From NCBI RefSeq assembly GCF_049331405.1, contig NZ_CP186274.1, positions 2,704,367 to 2,768,366 of the forward strand: a DNA stretch of 64,000 nucleotides, in the 5' to 3' direction. Positions within the stretch are counted from its first letter, which is position 1. The number at the start of each line of letters is the position of its first letter. Made by a program: the position numbers and the translations under genes. Below are positions 9,754 to 18,991 of this stretch, piece by piece. Origin of the DNA: Singulisphaera sp. PoT (GTDB lineage: Bacteria; Planctomycetota; Planctomycetia; Isosphaerales; Isosphaeraceae). The notes beneath the pieces are model-generated. The model was not told the DNA's origin. It did no database searches and saw nothing but the letters and a program-made list of their open reading frames with translations.

Positions 9754-9981
9754 CGAGGAATCTCCAGTGACTGTCGGGCAGGGAGGACTGACGTCGTCAT
9801 GGCGGGAAGAACGAATCGCAATCGATGTCGGCGAGCTAGCTGGCGGGGGATCCAAAGGCCCAGGGCTGCGGGATTGCGGGCCCGCATTCGCACGTTCGGG
9901 GGGATTGTCGACGAGGCCCGCGTGTGCGGGCCTCGTGTCTACCTCTTACGATACGGCAAAACCGCCGCGGTTCGCGAATGA

Positions 9982-10995
9982 TTATTGGGCCGCGACCGAC
10001 GAATCTTGGGCGAGCAGGGCTTCCTCGACGGCCGCGAGCACGTCCTTGATGCACTGCGAGAGGGGCTCGGGCAGGCTCGCCCCGGCCGCCGCGCGGTGCC
10101 CGCCGCCGCCGAATTTGCCCGCGAGCTTCGAGCAGTCGAGCCCCTTGCGGGAGCGGGCGCTGAGCTTGATCCCCCCTCGGGCCTGCTCGAGGAAGAGGAG
10201 CCCGACCTCGACGCCGACGATGCTGACCGTGAAGTCGACGAGGTCCTCGGTATCCTGCGGGATCGCCCCCGTCCGCTCGATGGCCTCGCGCGTCACGGTG
10301 GCGTAGGCGACCCGCCCGTCCATCGCCGTCTTGAGGTTCGACAGGGTCTCCCCCATCAGGCGGAGCCGCCCCAGGGTACTGCGTTCGAAGAGGGACCGGT
10401 AGATATCGTCGATCGGGGCCCCCGCCTCGAGGAGGTCGGCGACGTTTCGCAAGGTCTGCGGGCTCGTCGACGGATGGCGGAACCAGCCGGTGTCCATGGC
10501 GATGGCGGTCAAGAGCCCCGTCGCGATCTCGGGCGTGAAGGAACCGCCGAGGCTCCGGATCAGCCGCACGATCAGGGTGCCGGTTGCCTCGGCCGTCGTA
10601 TCCTTGAGGAAGGTCGCCCCCAGGTCGTCCTGGCTGACGTGATGGTCGATCACGACGCGAGGCCCCGGAAATTGGCGCATGTACCCGGCCATGTCGCCGA
10701 GTTGGCTCCAGGCCGAGAGGTCGAGGATCACCGCCACCTCGCGATCGGCGAGATCTTCCGGCTGCACCGTCGTCCCGAAGTGCTCGAAGAAGTCCCCCTT
10801 CGGGTCGAGGAAGTCGTAACGGGGCGGGGTCCGGCTGGTGTTCACGACCCGGACGTCCTTGCCCTTCTGACGGAGGAAGCCCGCCATCCCGACCTCGGAA
10901 CCGAGCGCATCGCCGTCAGGGCGGACGTGGGAGGTCACGAGGAAGCGGTCGTGCTTCTCGAGCAGGTCGGCGAGCGGCGTCCAGTCAATGGGCAT
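9982..10995 (-). CDS. DHH/DHHA1 family phosphoesterase (NrnA-like bifunctional oligoribonuclease/pAp phosphatase)
   Basis: Motifs LVTSHVRPDGDALGS, VIDHH, and a C-terminal DHHA1 GGGH (KFGGGGHRAAAG). Confidence 0.85.
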   Translation of the reverse strand: MPIDWTPLADLLEKHDRFLVTSHVRPDGDALGSEVGMAGFLRQKGKDVRVVNTSRTPPRYDFLDPKGDFFEHFGTTVQPEDLADREVAVILDLSAWSQLGDMAGYMRQFPGPRVVIDHHVSQDDLGATFLKDTTAEATGTLIVRLIRSLGGSFTPEIATGLLTAIAMDTGWFRHPSTSPQTLRNVADLLEAGAPIDDIYRSLFERSTLGRLRLMGETLSNLKTAMDGRVAYATVTREAIERTGAIPQDTEDLVDFTVSIVGVEVGLLFLEQARGGIKLSARSRKGLDCSKLAGKFGGGGHRAAAGASLPEPLSQCIKDVLAAVEEALLAQDSSVAAQ

Positions 10996-11309
10996 GTCAC
11001 GACTCGATCGAAAGTGACGAAAAGATTCAAAATAACGAATTCGCGAGAGGCTTCGCAACCCGGTCTTCATGATCGGCCAGCCGCGCAATCCCCCTCCACG
11101 CCGCCTGAATTACTGCCAAATCGACCGACTTAATGAGGTACAAGTCGACTATCCCGCAGGAGATAGTGTCGATGGAAATTCGTTCGTGGATTTGTCGATC
11201 CGGCTTGAAAGAGGGAGTCGATTTCGGTGCAATGAAGTTGAAGATTCAATGAAGGACTTCGCGTGTCCTTCACACGGTCAACGACACATCTGACCGGGGC
11301 AGATCTCAG

Positions 11310-11546
11310 ATGAAGCATCACATCGCAAACGCATTGGTTTGGGTGTTTCTGGTGTCTGGCATGTATGGCGTCGTCGCTTTCCATGCGGGCATGAAGGCCA
11401 GGGACGAGGCCTCGGCGAGTGGCATGGGTCGGGCGCAACACGACCCGAACTGCCATGTCTGCCAGCATTCCAGCAAGGGGCTGCCCGATGAGATCGGGTC
11501 CGAGAACGTCCAGACGTTCATGCCCCAACTGGCGGAATCCAACTGA
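11310..11546 (+). CDS. Small hypothetical membrane protein (78 aa) with a C-terminal Cys/His cluster (DPNCHVCQH)
   Basis: ORF with one predicted TM helix (ALVWVFLVSGMYGVVAF) in a lower-GC intergenic stretch. No homology recognised. Confidence 0.25.
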   Translation: MKHHIANALVWVFLVSGMYGVVAFHAGMKARDEASASGMGRAQHDPNCHVCQHSSKGLPDEIGSENVQTFMPQLAESN

Positions 11547-11583
11547 CCCGACTTGGCCGCCCGACCTTCGCCGACGCGACGGG

Positions 11584-12567
11584 TCAGGTCGTGTAGGTGT
11601 CGACGCGGTAGTCGTTGATGTTCTCGCGGACCCAGGCGATCGTCTCGTCGATCGCCTCTTCCATCGAGTAGCGCGGGGCCCATCCCCAGAGTTCCTGGGC
11701 GAGCTTGGTCCCGGCAAGGAGCCGGCCCACCTCGCTCGCGGCCGGCCTCAGGCGGTCCGTATCGGTCTGGACGGTGATCGGCTTGCCCAGCCTGGCTCCG
11801 ATCAGCTCCACCAGCTCACCAATCGTCAGGTCGTCGCCGCGCCCGATATTCACGGTGCGGCCGATGGCGGCGTCGCAGCCGGCGATCGAGAGGAAGCCGG
11901 AGACGGTGTCCTTGACGTAGGTGAGGTCGCGCCTCGGGTCGAGGCTACCCAGCTTGACGACCGGCCTCGTCAGGGCCTGGCTGATGATGGTGGGGATGAT
12001 CGCCCTGGCCGATTGCCTCGGGCCGAACGTGTTGAACGGGCGGAGGACCGAGACGGGGAGCCCAAACGCCCGGTGATAGCTCTCGCCCAGCGCATCGGCC
12101 CCGATCTTCGTGGCGGAGTAGGGGGATTGCCCGCGCAGGGGGTGCTTCTCGTCGATCGGGACGTATTGCGCGGTCCCGTAGACCTCGGATGTCGAGGTGA
12201 GGACCACGCGCTCGAGCGTGTCGCTCATCCGGCAGGCGTCGAGGACGTGGGCGGTCCCGTTGACGTTCGTCTGCACGACGTCATAGGGGTTCTGATACGA
12301 GTAGGGGATCGCGATCAGGGCGCCGAGGTGGAGGACCCACTCTCGCCCCTGGACGGCGCGTCGGACCGTGTCGGGATCCTTGAGGTCGCCGCGGTAGGTT
12401 TCGAAGGCCGACTGCACGTCGGAGTCGAGTCGGTCGAGGTGCCCCCGATCGTCCCTGCCGTTGTAGCGGACGAAGGCGCGGACCTCATACCCATCGCGAA
12501 CCAGGCGCTCCGTGAGGTGGCTGCCGATGAAGCCGGCGGCTCCCGTCACCAGGACCTTCTTACCCAT
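11584..12567 (-). CDS. NAD-dependent epimerase/dehydratase (UDP-glucuronate decarboxylase / dTDP-glucose 4,6-dehydratase-like SDR)
   Basis: Rossmann motif VLVTGAAGFIGSHL; catalytic S…YxxxK (SPYSATKIGAD). The start is taken at MGKKVLVTG. Confidence 0.9.
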   Translation of the reverse strand: MGKKVLVTGAAGFIGSHLTERLVRDGYEVRAFVRYNGRDDRGHLDRLDSDVQSAFETYRGDLKDPDTVRRAVQGREWVLHLGALIAIPYSYQNPYDVVQTNVNGTAHVLDACRMSDTLERVVLTSTSEVYGTAQYVPIDEKHPLRGQSPYSATKIGADALGESYHRAFGLPVSVLRPFNTFGPRQSARAIIPTIISQALTRPVVKLGSLDPRRDLTYVKDTVSGFLSIAGCDAAIGRTVNIGRGDDLTIGELVELIGARLGKPITVQTDTDRLRPAASEVGRLLAGTKLAQELWGWAPRYSMEEAIDETIAWVRENINDYRVDTYTT

Positions 12568-12892
12568 CCTCGGCCACTCCCTTGGCGGACTGATGCGCGA
12601 GGGGACGATCCCGGATGCTAATTGCCCCGGGCTCCGCTCCGACCTACGCAGACGCACCTCGAACGAAGCCCGGCCCTGCCGATGGCCGCGACTCGAGGCC
12701 CATCCTACGGTTTTTCACGCCCCTGGCAACGCGAAAGAGCCGCGTCAGGGGATAGTCGCCAGGAGATCCGGCATCGAGGCCGGGGAAGGTTCGGTCCCGT
12801 CGGACTACCCACGATTCCATCCGACCTCGAGACTCGCGTCCCCCGTCTTGACGGTCACCGTTTCCGTTTCCAAATGAGGCTCCTCGGCCGGA

Positions 12893-13045
12893 GGCCGAGG
12901 TATCAGGAAGGCCCCCCGAGGGGGCCCGATACGTGAGGAAGCCCCCGTTGGGGGCGATGACTTGAGTCGCTCCGTCGGAGCCCGGTACATGCGGTAGCCC
13001 CCGCGGGGGCGTAAGGCCAGGAAGGCCCCCTCGGGGCCTACGGGG
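12893..13045. repeat. Cluster of four GC-rich palindromic REP-like units (GGAAG-GCCCCC-N3-4-GGGGGC type) immediately downstream of tnpA
   Basis: Units are GGAAGGCCCCCCGAGGGGGCC, GGAAGCCCCCGTTGGGGGCG, GTAGCCCCCGCGGGGGCG and GGAAGGCCCCCTCGGGGCC, read directly. Confidence 0.7.
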
Positions 13046-13471
13046 TTACTCCAGGTTCAACTCGCCCTGCCGACGATCCAGCTCATCCTGCTCGCGGATG
13101 TACTGCCGCACCCGGGCCTCATCAAGGCCCACCGTGCTCACGCAATAACCCGTCGCCCAGAAATGCAGGCCCGTCATCCGGCGCTCCTTCAACAGCTCAC
13201 GATGGATCCGGACGGCGCTCTTGCCCTTCAGGAACCCGATCGTGTTCGCCACGCTATACTTGGGCGGTATGCTCAAGCACAGGTGGATGTGGTCGGGCAT
13301 CGCGTGCCCTTCCAACAGATCGATCCCGCGTTGACGGCACAATTCCCGAAGGATCGGGCCGATCTGATGCCGAAGCCTTCCGTAGAAGACTTTGCGGCGG
13401 TACTTCGGTATGATCACGACGTGGTACTTGCATTCCCACCGGACATGGGAAAGGCTCTGCCATTCGTGCAT
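13046..13471 (-). mobile_element. tnpA: IS200/IS605-family Y1 (HuH) transposase TnpA, possibly a REP-associated tyrosine transposase (RAYT)
   Basis: 141 aa; HuH motif HIHLCLSIP; catalytic Tyr region WATGYCVSTVG; size and layout are typical of TnpA_IS200. It is flanked on both sides by GC hairpins. Confidence 0.85.
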
Positions 13472-13522
13472 AGGCTCCTCCTTCCTGCCCCTCGGGGCCT
13501 TCCTGGAAGGAGGAGCCTATTT
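13472..13522. repeat. Nested palindrome GGCTCCTCCTTCC-TGCCCCTCGGGGC-CTTCCTGGAAGGAGGAGCC on the other flank of tnpA (candidate IS end or REP hairpin)
   Basis: Read directly; it shares the GCCCCTCGGGGCCTTCC core with the REP-like units on the opposite flank. Confidence 0.6.
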
Positions 13523-13669
13523 CATTGCACGTCGGATCGCTCGAAGCTCTTCGGGTCGCACGGCCAGAGGCCGTGGATTTATGACGTATTAAACCCGAAG
13601 AGGAGAAGCCCCACAGTCCAGGCCAAATAAAACGACCTCTAAGCCATTAGTTCCCGCTTCTTAAAGCGA

Positions 13670-14065
13670 TTACGAATGGGATTTCCGGTATCCGAGCTTC
13701 GAGGCGACGCCAAGGATCTCGTTGGAAGTGGGGTGTACGCGACCGGATTGGCTCTTGAATCGCTGCATGGCGTTCATGAACTCAATCTCGTCGTCGGTGT
13801 ACTGCTTCTCGAAAGTCGTGGGATCGACGCGTCGTCGTCGCCCGGGTTTCGGGGCCTTGGCGGTAGCCTTCTCGGCGATGGTGTCGACCGAGATTTCCGC
13901 GCAGCAATCGGCTTCGGTGATGTCGGCTTCGACCTGCATGGGATGCTCTTGGATCAGAAGTTTCTCGGGTGGAACAACGCGATCGAATTTTGAACCCTTG
14001 GGATTCGTCTCTTCGGGAGACGCCATGGAGTTCTCCAGGTCAGGGAACCAACGCCGCTCGGTCAT
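13670..14065 (-). CDS. Hypothetical protein (131 aa)
   Basis: The ORF has reasonable composition. No homology recognised. It is adjacent to the mobile element. Confidence 0.3.
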   Translation of the reverse strand: MTERRWFPDLENSMASPEETNPKGSKFDRVVPPEKLLIQEHPMQVEADITEADCCAEISVDTIAEKATAKAPKPGRRRRVDPTTFEKQYTDDEIEFMNAMQRFKSQSGRVHPTSNEILGVASKLGYRKSHS

Positions 14066-14592
14066 TGGGGGCGGGGTTCCGACGCTTCAATTGCGGGCCG
14101 GGAGGCGAGCTTCCGATGTCTGCACCTCGTCGACGTTGGTGACGTGCCGGTTCCCTTGGCTCGTTGTTCTAACTTTGCTTAGGACACGGAGCCTAATCTG
14201 TCAAACCGGTATAACGCGATCGCCAGGCGTCGAGGCGCCGAAGCTCAGGCCTTCTATCCGGTTCAGTGCGATGCCCGGTGCGACGATTCCGGAGTTTGGC
14301 TCACGTCCGATCCGTGTGGCATAATGAAAAAGACAGCGTGGATCGATCGCGGTCCACGCCTCCTCGGTGCGTATCGATCGCGAATGCGTCGCCTCATGGC
14401 TATTGGTTCCGTTGCGCGTTTTGCGGCGCCCAGTTCAACCGGAGAAACGTCGCGCGGAATGGGGAGATCGGTACTCGTCCGTTTCGATCCGATCACCTTG
14501 TGAACCTGCCACCTGTGGCGTAGATTTGAGATAACTCAGCCAAGCGCCCGTTCCGGTCCGAAAGCCGGTCTCCTTTCTTGAGAGGAACTTAC

Positions 14593-16317
14593 ATGTCCCG
14601 AACCGCGCGAATGTGGAAAGGCGTCGGGCCGTTGACGCTGGGCGGCCTGGTCCTATCCGGCGCCCTCTGCGGGGCCGCCGAACCCGCGTCGCTGCCCGAC
14701 CAGTTGAACATGCTGGGTCGCCAGGCCCTCGCCCAGGGCGAGAAGGATCACGCGGCGACGTTCTTCCGTAAAGCCCTCGCCCTCGACCCGGCGAACACCG
14801 AGGCCCGCAAGGCCCTCGCCCGTGTCGGCAAGGTCGAGAGAGTCGCCCTCCAGGATCCCGCTCCCGAAGCACCTCCCGCCGACGCGACGGTGGCCCCGGC
14901 TCCCGCACCCGCGGATGAGCCCGTCCCCGCCTCGCCCCCGCTCGAGAACGCTCCGGTTCTTGGCAATGCCCATCGGCCCCAGGCCACCATCGAAGAGGCC
15001 GAGCGCACCGCGGAAGTGATGCGGCAGCAGTTGACCGCCGACATCCGGCAGCGCGAGCAGGTCGCCCGCGATCAGGTCACGGCCGGCCAGCCCGAAGCCG
15101 CCCTCAACACCCTCCGGCTCGCCCAGACGGTGATCCGGTCCTCGACCGACGTCGCCGAGACGACCCGGAACGCCCTCGATCGCGAAGTCCAGGCCCAGAT
15201 CCTCTCGACCGTCAGGGCCGAGGAACAGATCGTCCAGGATCGCGCCGAGAAGCTCCGCGTCGAGGCCGCGGCCGAGCAACAGGTCCGCGCCCTGGATCTG
15301 CTGACCCGCAACCACGACACGGTCAGCACCATGATGATCCAGTTCGACAGCCTCATGGCGCAGGGCCAGTACAACGTGCTGTTCAACGGCGGCACCGGCG
15401 ACATCATCGCCACGACGGCCCCGTTCTACGAGGCTCGTCTGCTCGCCCAGAAGGCCCGAGCCCTGGTGCCGAACGACCCGACCCCCCGGGCCGGCGTGTT
15501 CGTCTCCTCGACGACCGGCTTCCTCGCCCAGGAGATGGCCTACGAGCAGTTGAAAGAGTTCCGGTTCATGCTGTCCATGCAGGACGCGGAGCGAGCCGCC
15601 GTTCCGTTCCCGGACACGATCACGATCGAGTACCCCGACGCCGAGATCTGGCGGACTATCTCGGAGAAGCGGATCAAGCGCTACGGCAAGGCCGTCGACC
15701 TGCTCGACCGCGACCCGAAGACGAAGAACATCATCGAGAAGCTCAATGAGCCCATCACGATGTCCTTCCCCAACGAGACGCCGTTCGAGGAAGTCCTCAA
15801 GTACATCAAAACGGCGACGACCGGGGCCAATGACTCGGGCATCCCGATCTACGTCGATCCCGTCGGCCTGCAAGAGGCCGAGAAGACGATGTCCTCGCCG
15901 GTCACGCTCGACCTCGAAGGCGTCCCCCTCAAGACGACCCTGCGGCTGATCCTCAAGCAGCTCACCCTCACCTACACGGTGAAGGACGGCATGCTGACGA
16001 TCACCTCGGAGAACGCTGAGGACACTCCGACCGAGATCCGCGTCTACCCGGTCGCCGACCTCGCCATCATCCCAATCTCCCTCATCCGCGGCGGTGGCGG
16101 TGGTGGTATGGGCGGCATGGGCGGCGGTATGGGCGGTGGCATGGGCGGCGGTGGTATGGGTGGCATGGGCGGCGGTGGTATGGGCGGCATGGGCGGCGGC
16201 ATGGGTGGTGGCGGCGGCATGGGGATGATGTCCGTCCCGCCTCGCGACCCGAATGCGGCCGATGAAGCGTCCACGCCCCCAAGCACCTCCAGCTTCGCGG
16301 AAAAAAAAAGCAGCTAG
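14593..16317 (+). CDS. Secreted protein: signal peptide, N-terminal TPR-like region, secretin/TonB-type N-terminal (STN-like) beta-domain, and a C-terminal Gly-Met-rich low-complexity tail (GGMGGMGGGMGGG…)
   Basis: The signal peptide reads MSRTARMWKGVGPLTLGGLVLSGALCGAA. The segment ITMSFPNETPFEEVLKYIKTATTGANDSGIPIYVDPVGLQEAEKTMSSPVTLDLEGVPLKTTLRLILKQLTLTYTVKDGMLTITS resembles secretin-N/STN domains. The ORF ends at TAG immediately after an A9 run. Confidence 0.75.
   Translation: MSRTARMWKGVGPLTLGGLVLSGALCGAAEPASLPDQLNMLGRQALAQGEKDHAATFFRKALALDPANTEARKALARVGKVERVALQDPAPEAPPADATVAPAPAPADEPVPASPPLENAPVLGNAHRPQATIEEAERTAEVMRQQLTADIRQREQVARDQVTAGQPEAALNTLRLAQTVIRSSTDVAETTRNALDREVQAQILSTVRAEEQIVQDRAEKLRVEAAAEQQVRALDLLTRNHDTVSTMMIQFDSLMAQGQYNVLFNGGTGDIIATTAPFYEARLLAQKARALVPNDPTPRAGVFVSSTTGFLAQEMAYEQLKEFRFMLSMQDAERAAVPFPDTITIEYPDAEIWRTISEKRIKRYGKAVDLLDRDPKTKNIIEKLNEPITMSFPNETPFEEVLKYIKTATTGANDSGIPIYVDPVGLQEAEKTMSSPVTLDLEGVPLKTTLRLILKQLTLTYTVKDGMLTITSENAEDTPTEIRVYPVADLAIIPISLIRGGGGGGMGGMGGGMGGGMGGGGMGGMGGGGMGGMGGGMGGGGGMGMMSVPPRDPNAADEASTPPSTSSFAEKKSS
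16081..16250 (+). repeat. Tandem nucleotide repeat (ggc ggc atg ggc ggt ggt atg … units) encoding a (G2-4M)n tail
   Basis: Read directly. The complementary strand yields a spurious PPPMPPP ORF. Confidence 0.8.
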
Positions 16318-16457
16318 AGGCGGCCAAGGCCAAATCTGCGGGTAATACGGCTTCTAAACAAGCCAAGAAACAGGGTCAGCGGGGGTCAACCTCCGCTGAT
16401 CCTGTTTCCGTTTCCCCATCCCCCAAGTCGCGCAAACCCGGCCAGAACGACCCGCTC

Positions 16458-17663
16458 ATGGTCGTGCCGGCGAAGCCAGGCTCCAGCAACTCGGGTCTCC
16501 TCGAGATCAAACCGGGTGCGGGCACTGCCACTCATAAGGCCGCCAGCAAGAATGCCGCCGCGACCGATCAGTATTGGCTTAACTATTACAAGACCCACGA
16601 AGAAGAGCCGAAGGACCTGAGGGAGAAGGTCTCGCTCCTGAATGTGAACAAGAAAACACAGGATGTCGAAGGCGCCCTCAAGGGGTATCTCACCTATCAT
16701 TCCAAGAATGCCGAGCCCTGGATGTATGAGGCCCTCGCCCTCGCCATCAAGATGAACAAGGGGAAGGATTCCGACATCCAGTCCGCGCTCGGCCATGCGG
16801 CCGACCTGGCCGAGGCGAGCCAGAACCCCAACTACCTCGTCAGCGTAGCCGACCTGATGTTCATCCACGGCTACGACCAGCGCGTGGGCAAGCTCCTCGA
16901 CCAGGCGATGGACAAGATCCCCCATCGCGGCGAGCCGATGATCATGTCGATCAACCTCGCCCAGCGGACGAAGGACCCGAAGCGCATGGCGACCTCGGTC
17001 GACCGGCTCCTCTCGCTCGGCTGGCCTGGCATCGACGACCAGATCCGTCGCGACGCGAGGCAACAGGTCGAGACCCTCGCCAAGTCCCTCCGCGACGAGG
17101 GGCAAAACGAGGAAGCGGACGCCATGACCCAGCGCCTGACCGACTCGGAGACGCGAGATCTCTTCGTGCGGCTGAGCTGGTCGGGAGACGCCGACCTAGA
17201 CCTCGCCGTCGACGAGCCCCTCGGAGCCACCGCGCACTACCAAACGCCCCGCACGGTCTTCGGCGGCTCGATCGTCCGGAACGGCTACGGCAAGCACCCC
17301 GAAGAGGTCTACGTCTGCCCCAGAGCCTTCGACGGCCAGTACACGATCCGGGTCGAGACGATCTACAACAACCCGGAAAAGCCGGCGCTCCAGGCGACGA
17401 TCGAGGTCTTCACTCACGAAGGCGCGAGCGACGAGAAGAAGGAGACGAAGACGATCAACATCGGCAGCAAGTCGCCCGCCCCGCTCGTCGTCACGCTGAA
17501 GGGGGGCCGCCGCAAGGAGGTCCTGCCGTTCCTGGCTCCGACCCCCATCCCGACGCCCGTCATCGCCTCGCAAAAGAAGGCCGATGTCGCCAAGGCGCAG
17601 ACGAAGACCCCCGCCACTCCCAAGGCCGGCAAGCCCGATCAGGGCAAGGCCAAGCCTCGTTGA
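16458..17663 (+). CDS. Hypothetical protein (401 aa as called). Its reading frame is open upstream to ~16266 and may be the C-terminal part of the preceding gene via a -1 shift at the A9 run.
   Basis: Alpha-helical N-terminal half, beta-rich C-terminal half, Lys/Pro/Thr-rich tail. No RBS-like sequence before the annotated ATG. Confidence 0.55.
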   Translation: MVVPAKPGSSNSGLLEIKPGAGTATHKAASKNAAATDQYWLNYYKTHEEEPKDLREKVSLLNVNKKTQDVEGALKGYLTYHSKNAEPWMYEALALAIKMNKGKDSDIQSALGHAADLAEASQNPNYLVSVADLMFIHGYDQRVGKLLDQAMDKIPHRGEPMIMSINLAQRTKDPKRMATSVDRLLSLGWPGIDDQIRRDARQQVETLAKSLRDEGQNEEADAMTQRLTDSETRDLFVRLSWSGDADLDLAVDEPLGATAHYQTPRTVFGGSIVRNGYGKHPEEVYVCPRAFDGQYTIRVETIYNNPEKPALQATIEVFTHEGASDEKKETKTINIGSKSPAPLVVTLKGGRRKEVLPFLAPTPIPTPVIASQKKADVAKAQTKTPATPKAGKPDQGKAKPR

Positions 17664-17712
17664 TGACGAGGGTCGGTTTGATTCTCGGGACGAACCGCCG
17701 CGGGGGCCTCGA

Positions 17713-18864
17713 TCAGAGGACCCCAGCGGTGATCTCCGAGAGGGCGGCGATGAAGGTCTCGATCTCCTCGACCGTCGTGAACGGCCCAGGGCTGAGACGC
17801 AAGGTCCCGTCCGGGAACGTCCCCAGGGCCTGGTGGGCGTAGGGCGAACAGTGCAGGCCGGGCCGGACGGCGATCTCGAAGCTCGCGTCGAGGATCGAGC
17901 CGAGGTCCTGCGGCGTGAGCGTGTCGGGGACGATCAGGGAGAGGGCCCCGACGTGCGTGGCCGGATCCCAGCGCCCGGCGATGCTCCAACCTTCGGCGGC
18001 CTCCGCCCAGGCGACCACGCGCTCGAGCAGCGAGACCTCGTGGAGCCGGAGCGAGTCGACCCCGCGCTCGGCGACCCAGGCGATGCCGGCGGCCAGGCCG
18101 GCGACCCCCAGCACGTTGGGAGTCCCCCCCTCGTAGTAGTACGGCAGGAGCGTCGGCTGCGTCTCGCTCGACGAGTCGCCGCCGGTGCCCCCTTCGCGCC
18201 AGGTGCGGAGCTTGGCCGCGCGAGGCCCGACATACAGCGCCCCGGTCCCCGTGGGACCGTAGAGGCACTTGTGGCCGGGGAAGGCGAGCAGGTCGATCGG
18301 AGTGGCCTTCAGGTCAATCGGCACGACCCCGGCTGACTGGGCGGCGTCGACGAGGAACAAGGCGCCCGACTCCCGGACGATCGGCGCGATCGCCTCGATC
18401 GGCTGGACGGTCCCGAGCACGTTGGAGGCATGCGTCAGGGCGACGAGCGTCGTCTTCGGCGTGAGTGCAGCCTTGATCGTCTCGGGGTTGAGGTAACCTC
18501 GCTCCGAGGCGACTCGCGTCAGGGTGATGACGCCGGCCTTCTCCAGCGCCCGCAGTGGGCGGCTCACCGAGTTGTGCTCGAGGTCCGACGTGATGACATG
18601 GTCGCCGGGGTTCACGCTCCCCTTGATCGCCATGTTCAGGCCGTCGGTGCAGTTGAGCGTGAAGATCCAGCGCTCGGGGGTCTCACCTCGGAAGAACTGG
18701 TTGAGCGCGTGTCGCGTGTCGTCGAGCGTACGCTCGGCCGAGACCGCCATGCGGTGCCCTGCGCGTCCGGGGTTCGCCAGGCTCGTGCGGGCGAACTTAT
18801 CCAGGGCCTGATAGACCGGCTCGGGCTTGGGGAAACTGGTCGCGGCGTTGTCGAGATAGATCAT
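17713..18864 (-). CDS. Class-V aminotransferase-fold cysteine desulfurase (Csd/SufS/IscS-like)
   Basis: PLP-lysine region FPGHKCLYGPTGTGALY; active-site Cys loop GLHCSPYA; motif MIYLDNAATSFP at the chosen start. It is the last gene of the riboswitch-controlled operon. Confidence 0.85.
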   Translation of the reverse strand: MIYLDNAATSFPKPEPVYQALDKFARTSLANPGRAGHRMAVSAERTLDDTRHALNQFFRGETPERWIFTLNCTDGLNMAIKGSVNPGDHVITSDLEHNSVSRPLRALEKAGVITLTRVASERGYLNPETIKAALTPKTTLVALTHASNVLGTVQPIEAIAPIVRESGALFLVDAAQSAGVVPIDLKATPIDLLAFPGHKCLYGPTGTGALYVGPRAAKLRTWREGGTGGDSSSETQPTLLPYYYEGGTPNVLGVAGLAAGIAWVAERGVDSLRLHEVSLLERVVAWAEAAEGWSIAGRWDPATHVGALSLIVPDTLTPQDLGSILDASFEIAVRPGLHCSPYAHQALGTFPDGTLRLSPGPFTTVEEIETFIAALSEITAGVL

Positions 18865-18991
18865 GGCAAAGAACCCCGTGAGAGCGATCCGCGGTCGAGT
18901 CGAACTCGTCTCGGCCTGGGCCCGGAGGCTCTCCCCATTCAAGGGGGGATGGCCGGGCCCGGCGCGATCCGACCTGTTCAACCCGGCCGGC

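Noticed and set aside
9916-9940. Palindrome GAGGCCCGC-GTGT-GCGGGCCTC between the DHH gene and the Rieske gene
   Set aside because: It could be a terminator for the DHH gene, but no U-tract follows on the relevant (minus) strand. Left as an unassigned hairpin.
16044-16366. ORFs encoding PPPMPPPMPP / HRRPCHPYHRRPC repeats on the minus strand
   Set aside because: They are the reverse-complement reading of the (GGM)n coding repeat of the + strand gene and are not independent genes.
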